A stretch of DNA of 64,000 nt from assembly GCA_021163265.1 (NCBI GenBank), contig JAGGXC010000023.1, forward strand, positions 6,378-70,377. The letters run 5' to 3'. The notes under the pieces are model-generated. The model was given only the letters and a program-made list of their open reading frames with translations. It made no database searches and was not told where the DNA came from. The position numbers and the translations under genes are program-made. Origin of the DNA: a bacterium. Lineage in GTDB: Bacteria > Patescibacteriota > Minisyncoccia > Minisyncoccales > JAGGXC01. Of the stretch, positions 18,114 through 28,270 are shown one piece after another. Position 1 is the first letter of the stretch, and each line of letters begins with the position of its first letter.

Positions 18114-18599
18114 CTATAATCTTATATAAGCTGGACCTTCTCTTTTATATTCTTGCTGAATAATCTTTTTGACCTCCTCTATATTTCTTGGGGTATATAT
18201 TTTAATATTGGGCAAAGGTTTAAGAATCTGAACATCCTCATCATCTTCAATATTGTGAGTAAATCCCAGAAATTTATAATACTGGTAACCACCAACCGCT
18301 ATAATCTTTACGTTTGCATTATGATAGCAAACATCGTCTCTTAATTGCTCAAAACATCTCATAATGGCAAAGGGAATAATGCCGTAAACATAAGGCTTTT
18401 TCCCCATTTTTGCCAAACCTGCGGCAACTCCCATATAAGTTTGTTCTGTAATTCCACAGTTAAAGTACTGTTTGGGAAATTTTCTCTCAAATTCTTCAAA
18501 CAAATTAAAACCTGTGTCGTCATTAAGCAACACTATGTCTTTATCGTTATCAGCTATCTTTATTAATTCTTTAACGAAGATCTCTCTTAGCTCTCTCAT
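18114..18599 (-). CDS. Transketolase-like pyrimidine-binding subunit (lacks the C-terminal domain)
   Basis: FNCGITEQ, R.FEQLRDD, GFTH, ends at GPAYIRL. Confidence 0.85.
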   Translation of the reverse strand: MRELREIFVKELIKIADNDKDIVLLNDDTGFNLFEEFERKFPKQYFNCGITEQTYMGVAAGLAKMGKKPYVYGIIPFAIMRCFEQLRDDVCYHNANVKIIAVGGYQYYKFLGFTHNIEDDEDVQILKPLPNIKIYTPRNIEEVKKIIQQEYKREGPAYIRL

Positions 18600-19326
18600 A
18601 GAGTTCTGGGGTTAGATTATAATAATGCCATTCGACTTTATTTTCGGCAAAAGAAATACCTTTGCCTTTTATGGTATGACATATAATTATATGAGGCCTG
18701 CCTTTTACCTCTATAGATTCCAGAATAGTTTCCCTCAACTCTTCTGTATTATGACCGTCTACTTCTTTTACATCCCATCCAAACGAATTCCACTTGTCTT
18801 TCAGCGGTTCAAGATTAAGAACCTCATTGGTTCTTCCGAATGCCTGAAGTTTATTATAATCGACAAGTACCATCAGATTATCTAATTTATGATGGGAAGC
18901 AAAAAGCGCGCTCTCCCAAGTAGTCCCACAATCCATTTCGCCATCGGAGAGTAAGACGAAAATCCTTCTTCTTTTATCTGCTAAAGCCATACCAATTGCA
19001 ACAGGTAGTCCGTGACCGGCTGAACCCAATGAGTGTTCAACTCCAGGAACACTATGATGCACAAGTCCCCAATACTTTGAATCAACCTCATAATAATTCT
19101 TATATAAATCGTCCCAATCAATAATCCCCTTCTCTGAAAGCACAGAATACAAAGCTGCTGCCGCCCACCCTTTGCTTAATAAAAATTTATCTTCCTCTCT
19201 CATAATATTAAAATAAAGAACTACCAAAATCTCAATACAGGACATACATGAGCCCAAATGTGCCGCCTTATGTCTGTAAAGCAAATCTATTACTTTTCTT
19301 CTGATTTTTTTGGCTATCTCATTCAT
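18571..19326 (-). CDS. Transketolase-like TPP-binding (N-terminal) subunit
   Basis: HLGSCMS, LSKG, GSAGHGL, TPP motif SDGE...DYN, TIKGKG...WHY. Confidence 0.9.
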   Translation of the reverse strand: MNEIAKKIRRKVIDLLYRHKAAHLGSCMSCIEILVVLYFNIMREEDKFLLSKGWAAAALYSVLSEKGIIDWDDLYKNYYEVDSKYWGLVHHSVPGVEHSLGSAGHGLPVAIGMALADKRRRIFVLLSDGEMDCGTTWESALFASHHKLDNLMVLVDYNKLQAFGRTNEVLNLEPLKDKWNSFGWDVKEVDGHNTEELRETILESIEVKGRPHIIICHTIKGKGISFAENKVEWHYYNLTPELYERAKRDLR

Positions 19327-19918
19327 TTTTGAAAATTTTTAGTATTGTTTTTAAAATTAATTTAATATCCAATAGAAGTGATTGCTCTTTTATGTATTTG
19401 AGCTGAAGTTCAATTTTTTTGGGTCTTATCTTCTCTAGATAAGTTTTCTCTGGATCCTTGCTACCTTTCAAAATTTCTCCTTCATGGAAATTCCACAATG
19501 AAGCATAATCTGTCATTCCTGGCCTGACCGACAAAATTTTTTTCTTCTCTTCTTCTGAAAGAAGATCTATGTATTGAGGAACCTCTGGTCTTGGACCCAC
19601 AAGACTCATTTCTCCTTTTAATACATTAATCAGTTGAGGAAGTTCGTCTAACTGATACTTCTTTAAAATCTTTCCTATTCTTGTAAGACGGGGGTCGTCG
19701 GCAGCAGTAGATGGACCCCCTATTTTGTCTGCATTTGGTACCATCGTGCGAAATTTATAGATCCGGAAAGGCTTTCCGTGACGGCCTATCCTTACGCCTT
19801 TATAAAAAACAGGGCCTTTTGAATCTAATTTTACCATTAAACCAATGATAATAAAAACAGGAAATAACAAGACAAGTCCAAGGAAAGAAAATGCAATGTC
19901 AAATAATCTTTTCATCAT
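19319..19918 (-). CDS. Initiating phosphoglycosyltransferase (PglC-like bacterial sugar transferase)
   Basis: KRLFDI, YKFRTM, DELPQLINVLKGEMSLVGPRP, RPGMT. Confidence 0.93.
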   Translation of the reverse strand: MMKRLFDIAFSFLGLVLLFPVFIIIGLMVKLDSKGPVFYKGVRIGRHGKPFRIYKFRTMVPNADKIGGPSTAADDPRLTRIGKILKKYQLDELPQLINVLKGEMSLVGPRPEVPQYIDLLSEEEKKKILSVRPGMTDYASLWNFHEGEILKGSKDPEKTYLEKIRPKKIELQLKYIKEQSLLLDIKLILKTILKIFKNE

Positions 19919-20694
19919 TTTTGAGGCTGAGAGAAAATAAATACGATTTTGAAGGTGTATTTCTTAAAGAAATTAATCCTTAAAATCTTTTTATCAAGGG
20001 CTTCAATCATCTTAAAAAATTTCTTAAAAATCCTCAAGCCAGAAAAAGGAAAAAATATCCAGGAGAAAAGATGAAAGTACCAAACTTTAATTTTGGTAAA
20101 ATATCTTTTAATAAATTCGATATCTTTCCTTTGAATAATATGATCAACTGCCCAAGCAGTTCTTTTGCCTGTAATTTTGTTGATCTTCCTTTTTAAATTT
20201 GCTAAGGGATTATGGCCAAAAGTTTCTATCCCAATCAAAAGACCGTCTTTTTTAAGAATTCTTACTATCTCTGGGATAGCTTTTTTAATATCAAGAGAAG
20301 AGAAAGTTCCTCCATCAAAAACAACGTCAAAAGAATCATCTTCAAAATCCATTTTCTCGCAGTCCATTTTCAAGAACTTTATTTTTCGACGCAATCCGTT
20401 TTTTTGAGCTAACCTTCGAGCAACCTCCAAGGATTTCTCTGATAAATCAATAGCCACTACTTCTCTTGCATACCGTGCCAGAAAAACAGAATGGACACCA
20501 TTACCACATCCATAATCTAAAACTTTTTTGTTTCTACAATATTTTTTCAGTAAACCGTAGCAAAAACACCAACTCTCTAAATTGTTAAATCTAAATCCTT
20601 CGAAATCTCCTTCAATATTCTCAGGAAATTCTCTGATTATCTCTTCCGCTTTTTCATTATAATATTCAATTTCTTTTTGTTTCCTATCTTCCAT
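19915..20694 (-). CDS. Class I SAM-dependent methyltransferase
   Basis: VLDYGCGNG, IDLS, FEDDSFDVV, RILKKDG. Confidence 0.9.
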   Translation of the reverse strand: MEDRKQKEIEYYNEKAEEIIREFPENIEGDFEGFRFNNLESWCFCYGLLKKYCRNKKVLDYGCGNGVHSVFLARYAREVVAIDLSEKSLEVARRLAQKNGLRRKIKFLKMDCEKMDFEDDSFDVVFDGGTFSSLDIKKAIPEIVRILKKDGLLIGIETFGHNPLANLKRKINKITGKRTAWAVDHIIQRKDIEFIKRYFTKIKVWYFHLFSWIFFPFSGLRIFKKFFKMIEALDKKILRINFFKKYTFKIVFIFSQPQK

Positions 20695-21688
20695 TATCTA
20701 GAAATATCTTTATTATACCCCATAGCGAACCGAAGCCATAACCAAAATGACGACAGAAAAATACCACTGGCATAATGAAGAAGAACTTAATATTTTTTTC
20801 TTTTCTGGCAATCTCCAAAGAAAAATAAAAACTAATTATAAAATAAGAAAAAATTATAAATATAAACAAGTAGAGATTAAATAATAACGAAAATATAATC
20901 GCCAGAACAAAAAAAAGAGGAACTAAATGACGAAAAGACAAAGAAAAAAAACCAAATTTCATTGGATACGTACTCCATATTCCGTCAGTAAAATTATGCC
21001 AAAAGAAATCCCTTAAATTTTCAGAAGAAGGATAATAATAAATTACAATATCAGGAAAAAGCATAATTCTTCCTCCTTGTTTCCTTATCCTCCAATTTAA
21101 CTCAAAATCTTCAATCTTTGCCATTTTTTCGTTATAGAGACCTATTTTTTCAAACATCTTTTTCCAATAACATCCGAAGGCTACCGTATCCACTTCTAAC
21201 GGTTTTTTCGCACCTATCCGAAAATAAGAAGTAGCGCTTCCAAAAAAATGCGATAAAGAGATAGCAATTGCTTTGGAGAAAAAAGTATTTTTGCTAGGAA
21301 TAGTTCTGAGCACTCCTCCTACATTATCAGCACCTGAATCTATAAGATGTTTAACACATTTAAAAATATAATCCTTAGGATAAACGCTATGGGCATCCAT
21401 CTTAATAACAATCTCTCCTCTCGCTTGTTTTATCCCAATATTCATTCCTGCCGGTGTAACTTTCTTCTGATTCATCAAGAATCTGATAAAAGAGTATTTC
21501 CTTTCATAATCTTTTATAATTTCTCTGGTTTTATCCTCTGACATTCCATCTACTACTAACACTTCCAGCTTCTCCTTTGGATAATTCTGATTAATTATCG
21601 AATCAAGACATTTACTAATAAACCTCTCCTCATTTCGACAAGGAACAATGACTGACACAAACGGTAAAGATTTACTCATGGTAAACAC
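20684..21688 (-). CDS. GT2 glycosyltransferase (ExoA-like)
   Basis: SVIVPCRNE, VVDGMSED, MDAH, EDFELN, C-terminal TMs. Confidence 0.9.
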   Translation of the reverse strand: MFTMSKSLPFVSVIVPCRNEERFISKCLDSIINQNYPKEKLEVLVVDGMSEDKTREIIKDYERKYSFIRFLMNQKKVTPAGMNIGIKQARGEIVIKMDAHSVYPKDYIFKCVKHLIDSGADNVGGVLRTIPSKNTFFSKAIAISLSHFFGSATSYFRIGAKKPLEVDTVAFGCYWKKMFEKIGLYNEKMAKIEDFELNWRIRKQGGRIMLFPDIVIYYYPSSENLRDFFWHNFTDGIWSTYPMKFGFFSLSFRHLVPLFFVLAIIFSLLFNLYLFIFIIFSYFIISFYFSLEIARKEKNIKFFFIMPVVFFCRHFGYGFGSLWGIIKIFLDNGR

Positions 21689-22985
21689 CTATAGCAAGGT
21701 ATTTTGATCTTTTATTAAATCTTTGAGGATCAAGCATTCTCCAGCAATCAATTATCGTAGAATCCGCTTTAAGCCAATCTGGATCTATTTCTTTGAATTC
21801 CGGCCATGGAGTAACAACCACTATCACATCAGAATCGGTGAGGGCTTCTTGCAAAGAGTTAGCAAAATTGGCTTTTCTCAGCAACTGTCTGGCATTATTC
21901 ATCGCAGCCGGATCATATACAGTTACAGAGATATCTTTTTCCTCGAGCTTTTTTGCTAATTTTATCCCTTGAGATTCTTCAATAACATTGGTATCTGGTT
22001 TATAAGAAAGACCAAGAATGCATACTTTTCCCTGAGGTGGTAAAACATCTAAGATTTTCTTCGCAATTCTATCAGGTTGCATTCTATTAATTTCATCTGT
22101 AGCCTCAGCAATAGGAAGAATAACTTTATAATTCCTCGCAGTATAAATTAGCGCCCGATTATCTCGCGGAAAACATGGACCACCATACCCTGTCGCACCT
22201 TTTAAATATTTATGACCAATTCTCTTATCACATCCTAAAGCATCGGTAACTATATCGACATTACCTCCAGGAATCTTCTCACATAGCTCGGCTATCATAT
22301 TAGCATAAGAAATCTTTGTAGTCACATAAGTATTCAGAGCTATCTTCGTTATCTCAGCATTAGTAATGTTCATTCTCTTAATCGGGGTTCCTTCTGGACA
22401 TATGTTCTTGTAAAAAGCTTCTAAGATATCTCCACTTCTTGATTCTGATTCTCCAATCAAAACGAAATCTGGATTCAAAAGATCTTCGATCACATTTCCC
22501 AAAGCAATGAATTCAGGATTATAACAAAGTCCGAAATCAACTCCACATTTCTTACCTGAATACCCCTCCAATGCTGGCAAAAGATCTTTCTCGGTGGACC
22601 CAGGAGTCACAGTACTTACTAATACAACCACATGAAATTCATTTTTCTCTTTTAAACACTTACCTATTTCTTCTCCTGCTTTTACTACATATTGAGTAGA
22701 AAAATTACCATCTTCTTGACTTGGCGTAGGAACAATAATAAATGTAATATCTGAATTTAAAATAGCCTCACGATAATCTTGAGTAGCCGAAATTCTTTCT
22801 TTATAGGAAAGAAGATATTCTCCTAATTTAGGCTCGAATACAGGCGGTTTAGCTTTATTTATAGATTCCACAAAATCTCCATTAATATCAACACCTATTA
22901 CTTTATAACCTTTTGAAGCATAAGCAGCCACCATAGGCGAACCTAATTTTCCTAAACCTATAATTGATAAGACTGGAAGGTTCAT
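21672..22985 (-). CDS. UDP-glucose/GDP-mannose dehydrogenase family
   Basis: IGLGKLG, NPEF, GYGGPCFPRD, GLSYKPDT; start moved from 23030 to ATG 22985, just after the nadE stop. Confidence 0.9.
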   Translation of the reverse strand: MNLPVLSIIGLGKLGSPMVAAYASKGYKVIGVDINGDFVESINKAKPPVFEPKLGEYLLSYKERISATQDYREAILNSDITFIIVPTPSQEDGNFSTQYVVKAGEEIGKCLKEKNEFHVVVLVSTVTPGSTEKDLLPALEGYSGKKCGVDFGLCYNPEFIALGNVIEDLLNPDFVLIGESESRSGDILEAFYKNICPEGTPIKRMNITNAEITKIALNTYVTTKISYANMIAELCEKIPGGNVDIVTDALGCDKRIGHKYLKGATGYGGPCFPRDNRALIYTARNYKVILPIAEATDEINRMQPDRIAKKILDVLPPQGKVCILGLSYKPDTNVIEESQGIKLAKKLEEKDISVTVYDPAAMNNARQLLRKANFANSLQEALTDSDVIVVVTPWPEFKEIDPDWLKADSTIIDCWRMLDPQRFNKRSKYLAIGVYHE

Positions 22986-22986
22986 A

Positions 22987-23772
22987 TTAATAAAACAAAA
23001 TTTTAGGAGGAGAGTGTCTTTTATATTCACTCGATTTAATCCTCTCTAAAACTTTGTCTACTAATTCTTTATTAAGACCTTTTTTTATTATTTGAGAACG
23101 AGAATAACCCTTAATAGTATAAAAATAAATAATAGGGTCTGCCTCTTGATAACTAAAGCCAAGCTCTTTCTCGTCGGTTTGACCTTTCCAAAATCCAGCA
23201 GTCGGTTTTTTCTCTAAGATCCATTGAGGAGCTTCTAAAAATTTAGCTACTTCATAAACATGTGTTTTTAAAAGACCAGCAATAGGACTAATATCACACG
23301 CCTGATCTCCATGCAAAGTAAAATATCCTAGATAATATTCACTTAAGTTCTCTGTTCCGATTACTAACCCGTTAAGTTTTCTAGCTAAAGCATATTGAAT
23401 AATCATTCTTTCTCTTGCCATAACATTTCCTATATCTATTTTGTCCATTTTAATAATTTTATTTAACACTTTCACTGTTCTATCAACTAAAGGTGCGATA
23501 TCAACTGTAATAATATTCTTAGCTGGTAAACCAAGAAACCTTGCCATTTTTTTACCTTCGCACCCTCTTCTACCATATGGTAAAATCACAGCAATAATAT
23601 TTAACCCTGCTCTCTTACATAACAAAGCACAAGTAGCAGAATCAATTCCTCCAGAAAGAGCAAGAATTGCATTTTCTTTATTTCTTACATCGAACTCTTT
23701 TTTTAAGAAATCAATAATTTTTTTAGATGTCTCCGGCAGATCCAATGTTGGTATTTCCATAAGTTTAGACAA
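22987..23772 (-). CDS. nadE: NH3-dependent NAD+ synthetase homolog
   Basis: ALSGGIDS, GNVMARERM, GTENLSE..GYFTLHGD, PTAG...QTDEKELG, SEYKR. Confidence 0.85.
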   Translation of the reverse strand: MSKLMEIPTLDLPETSKKIIDFLKKEFDVRNKENAILALSGGIDSATCALLCKRAGLNIIAVILPYGRRGCEGKKMARFLGLPAKNIITVDIAPLVDRTVKVLNKIIKMDKIDIGNVMARERMIIQYALARKLNGLVIGTENLSEYYLGYFTLHGDQACDISPIAGLLKTHVYEVAKFLEAPQWILEKKPTAGFWKGQTDEKELGFSYQEADPIIYFYTIKGYSRSQIIKKGLNKELVDKVLERIKSSEYKRHSPPKILFY

Positions 23773-24661
23773 TAAATTTAGAAATCTTTCTTTTTAGATA
23801 TATTGCGAACCAAAATGGGAATAAAAATATTTTAACAAATATATTTGCTTTCTCAAAATATTTTATAGAAAAAGAAAAAATACGATATAAAGAAAATTTT
23901 TGTTTTCTTACTCCTGTAGAAGTAAGCTTAAAATCGGAATCTCTGATAGTCAACATATGAGTCTCTCCTCCAGCTAATCTCAAATTCTCCAATGCTTCTT
24001 CTCCCTTCCAGACCCTTTTTTTTCCTTGAGAAAAAGAATAAGAATGATTCTGATGAATCGCCAATACTACACCTGTTGCGTCTACTATCGGAATACCTAA
24101 TTGCCAAGCTTTCCATAAAAGCCAATTATCCCATACTGTTCTACCTATGGCAAAAGACGGGATATCTAAAAAACTTCCTCTTCTAAAAACGAAATAATCG
24201 ATTCCAGATGGGCCCTCGATTTTTCCTTCCTTCTTTACTCTTTCCTTCAAAATATGAAACCATTCCGGATCATCAAAATTTATTTCTTTCTTTACATCAA
24301 GATTCCATCTCTGTCCCACCATTAAAAACTTATCAAAAGTTACTGAGCATGTTTTTACGGCTCTCAAAAAATCTTTAGCTAATATAATATCAGCATTAAC
24401 ATAAACCAATAGATCATATGTAGATAATCTTTGAGCTTTTTCAAATATCTCGTCTAATAAAGGTGTATTAAATCGATTTTTACGGATTTCTGGATACCAA
24501 CGGATATTATAATCTACTGCTATTTCTTTTGTGCCTGCCTCATTACCAAATAAGATTATTTCTTTCTTGCAAGGCAACTTAACCCAACTTTTAATAGCAT
24601 TGGTTTGAATAATTCTAAATGTATTATTAAATGGTTTCGGAATACTAAAAATTGTTAACAT
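23765..24661 (-). CDS. Putative GT-A fold glycosyltransferase-like protein
   Basis: FSIPKPF, QTNAIKSW, YVNADII (DxD-like), GIDYF, WDNW, IHQNH; glycan-cluster context. Confidence 0.6.
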   Translation of the reverse strand: MLTIFSIPKPFNNTFRIIQTNAIKSWVKLPCKKEIILFGNEAGTKEIAVDYNIRWYPEIRKNRFNTPLLDEIFEKAQRLSTYDLLVYVNADIILAKDFLRAVKTCSVTFDKFLMVGQRWNLDVKKEINFDDPEWFHILKERVKKEGKIEGPSGIDYFVFRRGSFLDIPSFAIGRTVWDNWLLWKAWQLGIPIVDATGVVLAIHQNHSYSFSQGKKRVWKGEEALENLRLAGGETHMLTIRDSDFKLTSTGVRKQKFSLYRIFSFSIKYFEKANIFVKIFLFPFWFAIYLKRKISKFIV

Positions 24662-24662
24662 T

Positions 24663-25577
24663 CTATCTCTTTAGAATATTACATAACTTACGCCTTAAGG
24701 GTAGCGTGGATCTCGAAATAACATAAGGAAGATTCAAAGGATCGACCAATGCAGCTCTAAATACATACAAAATAGCTAAAGGCCAAGCATGAATTCCGCA
24801 TAAATAAGCATAATTTGCTCCCCGTAAGTAAGAATTGCTTATTGCCCTTCTTTTCTTTCTTTTGATTTTTAAAGGAATGCCAGATAAACTAAAAAATTTT
24901 TTCGTCACTTGCACACACGACGGAACAATGGTTTTGGCCTCAAAACTTATTCCTCTAATATTTCTTTCATAAGCTAATATACATGGAATATGTTTAATAT
25001 TTCCTACAAGCCCTATCCTTAACCATAACTCATGATCCTTTTTCTGAACAAAATTTTCATCCAACCATCCTACTTTCTCCAGTATCCTCCGTCGAATAAA
25101 GGCAGCCGGTTGAGGAATACAATAATCACAATATTCTACTGCATATTCTAAATCCCATTCGTGATAATAACTTAATCCATCCTGAATATTCCCTTTCCTA
25201 TCAATTATTCCACAATTACCGTACAACACATCAGCTTCAGGATAAAGCTTAAAATAATTCACCACTTGACTCACAGCATTAGGAACTTTCCATACATCAT
25301 CTACATTTAACCATGATAAAATATCTCCTTTGCTCATTTTCCATCCTTTATTAATAGCATTTGCATGACCTTCATCAGGCTCAGAAATCCATTTTATCCT
25401 TTCTCCGTAACTTTCTAATATTTTCAAAGATCCATCTCGGGACCCACCGTCTACCACTATACATTCTATATGAGGATAATCTTGATTTAAAACGCTCTCA
25501 ATAGTAGCTTCTAAAAATTCTGCCCTATTTAAAGAAGGAATAACAACAGAAACTAATGGATTATCGTTCTCCGACAT
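24663..25577 (-). CDS. GT2 glycosyltransferase
   Basis: SVVIPSLN, VDGGSRDG, SEPDEG, WLNVDD, QPAAF. Confidence 0.92.
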   Translation of the reverse strand: MSENDNPLVSVVIPSLNRAEFLEATIESVLNQDYPHIECIVVDGGSRDGSLKILESYGERIKWISEPDEGHANAINKGWKMSKGDILSWLNVDDVWKVPNAVSQVVNYFKLYPEADVLYGNCGIIDRKGNIQDGLSYYHEWDLEYAVEYCDYCIPQPAAFIRRRILEKVGWLDENFVQKKDHELWLRIGLVGNIKHIPCILAYERNIRGISFEAKTIVPSCVQVTKKFFSLSGIPLKIKRKKRRAISNSYLRGANYAYLCGIHAWPLAILYVFRAALVDPLNLPYVISRSTLPLRRKLCNILKR

Positions 25578-27312
25578 ACATTTTTTTTATTTGTTTTGTC
25601 TTTGAAGAATGTATAGCTATTATGTTCTCTGACTCATAATAACGTTTGAATTGTGTCTTTTTTATCCACTTTGTAGTACTGTCAAAAGTATAGAAACAAT
25701 AACCAAGATCCTCAAGAAAATCCCATACTTCCTTAGAGCTTGATCCTTGCTTAGAAAGAGTAAGATCTGACAGCTCAAACAATATAACAGGAGTATATTT
25801 TCTAATGCATCGTCTCCCTCCTTGAAGAACTTTCAATTCAGCACCTTCTACATCTATCTTAATACAATCCAGTCTTCTTAGATTAAATTTTTCCAAAAAT
25901 TCATCAAGAGTAATAGCATTTACCTCTCTTATCTCTTTTAACCGAGTAGCTTTATAAACAAAACTTCCCAAGGTGTTATGTCCTTCATGACCTTCTTCTG
26001 CAATTTTTAATTTTTCTTTGCCTATCTTATCTACCACCACTCCTTCATAAATCTTTATGTTAGAAAAATTATTAAGAGAAATGTTTTCTCTAAAATGTCT
26101 CAGCTCGCGAGGACTAGGTTCAGCAGCTATAACTAGACCTTCATCTCCGACTTTTTTCGAAGCAAACAAAGAATAAAGTCCTGTATTTGCTCCTATATCT
26201 ACAAACACCATCCCTTTCTTAAGAAAATTATCTAAGAAATAAAACTGGTTAGGCTCATACATGCCTTCAATATAAATACAGCGGTCAATTTCATTCTTAG
26301 AATACAAAGAAATCTTAATATCTTTGTCCCAACTGACGATCATTCTTCTCCGAGCTTTAGCACTAAATATTTCCCACATCAGATTAAGGAAAACTCTGTA
26401 AAAATTTTCTTTACTCCCTGCTCCCATTACCCAATTCGGAAAAAACCGAGTTGGCTGACGCCGGTAGAATAAAGGTAATATTTTTATCAATAAAATGTCC
26501 GGTATTATCTTTCCTAAGGAACTGGCGAAGTTTTTAATCTTATGCTTAATAAAGCTTTTCAAGCCTTCTTCGTTTTTAAAATGAATTTCATTATTTACTA
26601 ATTTTAAATTCGGATTAAACAACTCAAATTTAGAAGCTATAAAAATTTGTCTTATAGGATGACCGTTGCGTTGAATAGAAAAATCTCCTCTGTATTTAAA
26701 ATGAAAATCAGGATGATTTGGTGTTTTCTTAGGATAATATATATATTTAAAACCGGATTTTATCAAATTAAGTATTATATATGAAGGAGTAGGTCGAGAT
26801 CCTATTCCGTAAAGTGACTGACTAAAATCATCCGTTTCTTGAACCAATCTAAGAGCAGGATAAGGATAATCAGCGATACACGTCTCTAGAATTAAAAGTT
26901 CTCGACAAACAGAACTAATATTTTCTAAAACTACAGCTGGTTTCGAACAATGATACAAAAGACCGTAGCAGAAAACTATATCAAATTTCCCAAATTTTGA
27001 AAGATTTTCTTCTTCTACGTTTACTACCCTACTTTCTAAACCAGAATAAAGTGATCTTAGTTTCTGAATATTTTCTTCCCGACCATCCACACAGAAAACT
27101 TTACAATTCTTTTTAAGAAAAAACTGGGCTAGATGTCCGACACCGCATCCTACGTCAATAACGGTTTTCTTCTCAAGGTCTAATCCAAGAGAATCAAGAT
27201 GTTCTAATCTTGCTCTATTAATCGAAAAGGCTTCTAACTTATCGAAAGTCTGAGTTCCTATTGATATTTCTTTTGAGATTTCCTTTTTCTTCTTAGAATA
27301 AGCAAATATCAT
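25561..27312 (-). CDS. Tandem methyltransferase: class I MTase fused to an FkbM-family MTase
   Basis: N-terminal IDVGCGVG...FCYGLLYH; C-terminal VDIGANTG, AEP, KIDVEGAE. Confidence 0.85.
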   Translation of the reverse strand: MIFAYSKKKKEISKEISIGTQTFDKLEAFSINRARLEHLDSLGLDLEKKTVIDVGCGVGHLAQFFLKKNCKVFCVDGREENIQKLRSLYSGLESRVVNVEEENLSKFGKFDIVFCYGLLYHCSKPAVVLENISSVCRELLILETCIADYPYPALRLVQETDDFSQSLYGIGSRPTPSYIILNLIKSGFKYIYYPKKTPNHPDFHFKYRGDFSIQRNGHPIRQIFIASKFELFNPNLKLVNNEIHFKNEEGLKSFIKHKIKNFASSLGKIIPDILLIKILPLFYRRQPTRFFPNWVMGAGSKENFYRVFLNLMWEIFSAKARRRMIVSWDKDIKISLYSKNEIDRCIYIEGMYEPNQFYFLDNFLKKGMVFVDIGANTGLYSLFASKKVGDEGLVIAAEPSPRELRHFRENISLNNFSNIKIYEGVVVDKIGKEKLKIAEEGHEGHNTLGSFVYKATRLKEIREVNAITLDEFLEKFNLRRLDCIKIDVEGAELKVLQGGRRCIRKYTPVILFELSDLTLSKQGSSSKEVWDFLEDLGYCFYTFDSTTKWIKKTQFKRYYESENIIAIHSSKTKQIKKMYVGER

Positions 27313-27345
27313 ATCATATAAAATAACAAATGAAGTAGTTAGAAA

Positions 27346-28269
27346 TTAATAATCTCCATACCATTCCCTCATTTTTTCTCCACAGATAGTATCAAATATA
27401 AATCTCTGCTCCTCTGACCACTCGCTGGTATAAACTTTATAAGGATTATATTCTTGAGTATCCACATGTCGATTGATACGCTGATTCATCATTCTTTCCA
27501 GAGTATTATAAGGCACATCAGATAAACCAGTAATTTCATAAAACATCTGTACTGCTTTTCGAGGATCATTAAAATCTTCTATTCGAAAAGTCTTAACAGT
27601 AGGAGCTTCAATATACTCAAGCCAGTGATAACAACAGAAAATAAAAGTTTTAAACTTATCTTCAATTTCTGAAAGTTGGGGAAACCTCTTAACAGCTTTT
27701 TTCACTGAAGGATCTATTAAAATCCTTAGTTGCTTGGGTAGATTTTTTTTAGGTAGTTGAGAACGAACATATAAGATACCATTTCTAGTCAAACCAAACA
27801 CCTTAAAACGTTGATTGACTTCGGGCATTCTAACCATCTCCGGCGTAATACTACCAATATCTCCTATTGCTTTATAAATCTTGTGATAATGATTCTGAAG
27901 CACTAAAGAATAAATCCATGCTAAACAATCTTCTTCAGTGACTCTCCAATAAGGAAAAGGAAATACTTTTTGAAGTGCTCCTTCATGAAAACACAAAACA
28001 TCGGGATGACTATTAAGGAGTTTTGTCAACCATAAACTCCCGCAGTGTCCTGGTCTAATTATAACAAAATAACGAGGTTCATCGGGTTTCGGTAAGAGAG
28101 CAAAGCTCAATTTCACCGACTCCATTTCTTTTCTCAATCGTTCTACTATATCAAACTGACGTCTAATTTGTCTCTTTATTCTATAAATATGTAATAAAAG
28201 TTTCTTACTTTCCGGAAGTTGCATCCTAACCAAGAAACTTTTTAGTTGTTTTTTAAGACTATCAATCAT
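27346..28269 (-). CDS. Sulfotransferase-like protein
   Basis: Degenerate 5'-PSB loop GHCGSLWLTKLLNSHPDVLCFHE, TRN, RIED; adjacent to PAPS genes. Confidence 0.65.
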   Translation of the reverse strand: MIDSLKKQLKSFLVRMQLPESKKLLLHIYRIKRQIRRQFDIVERLRKEMESVKLSFALLPKPDEPRYFVIIRPGHCGSLWLTKLLNSHPDVLCFHEGALQKVFPFPYWRVTEEDCLAWIYSLVLQNHYHKIYKAIGDIGSITPEMVRMPEVNQRFKVFGLTRNGILYVRSQLPKKNLPKQLRILIDPSVKKAVKRFPQLSEIEDKFKTFIFCCYHWLEYIEAPTVKTFRIEDFNDPRKAVQMFYEITGLSDVPYNTLERMMNQRINRHVDTQEYNPYKVYTSEWSEEQRFIFDTICGEKMREWYGDY

Positions 28270-28270
28270 A

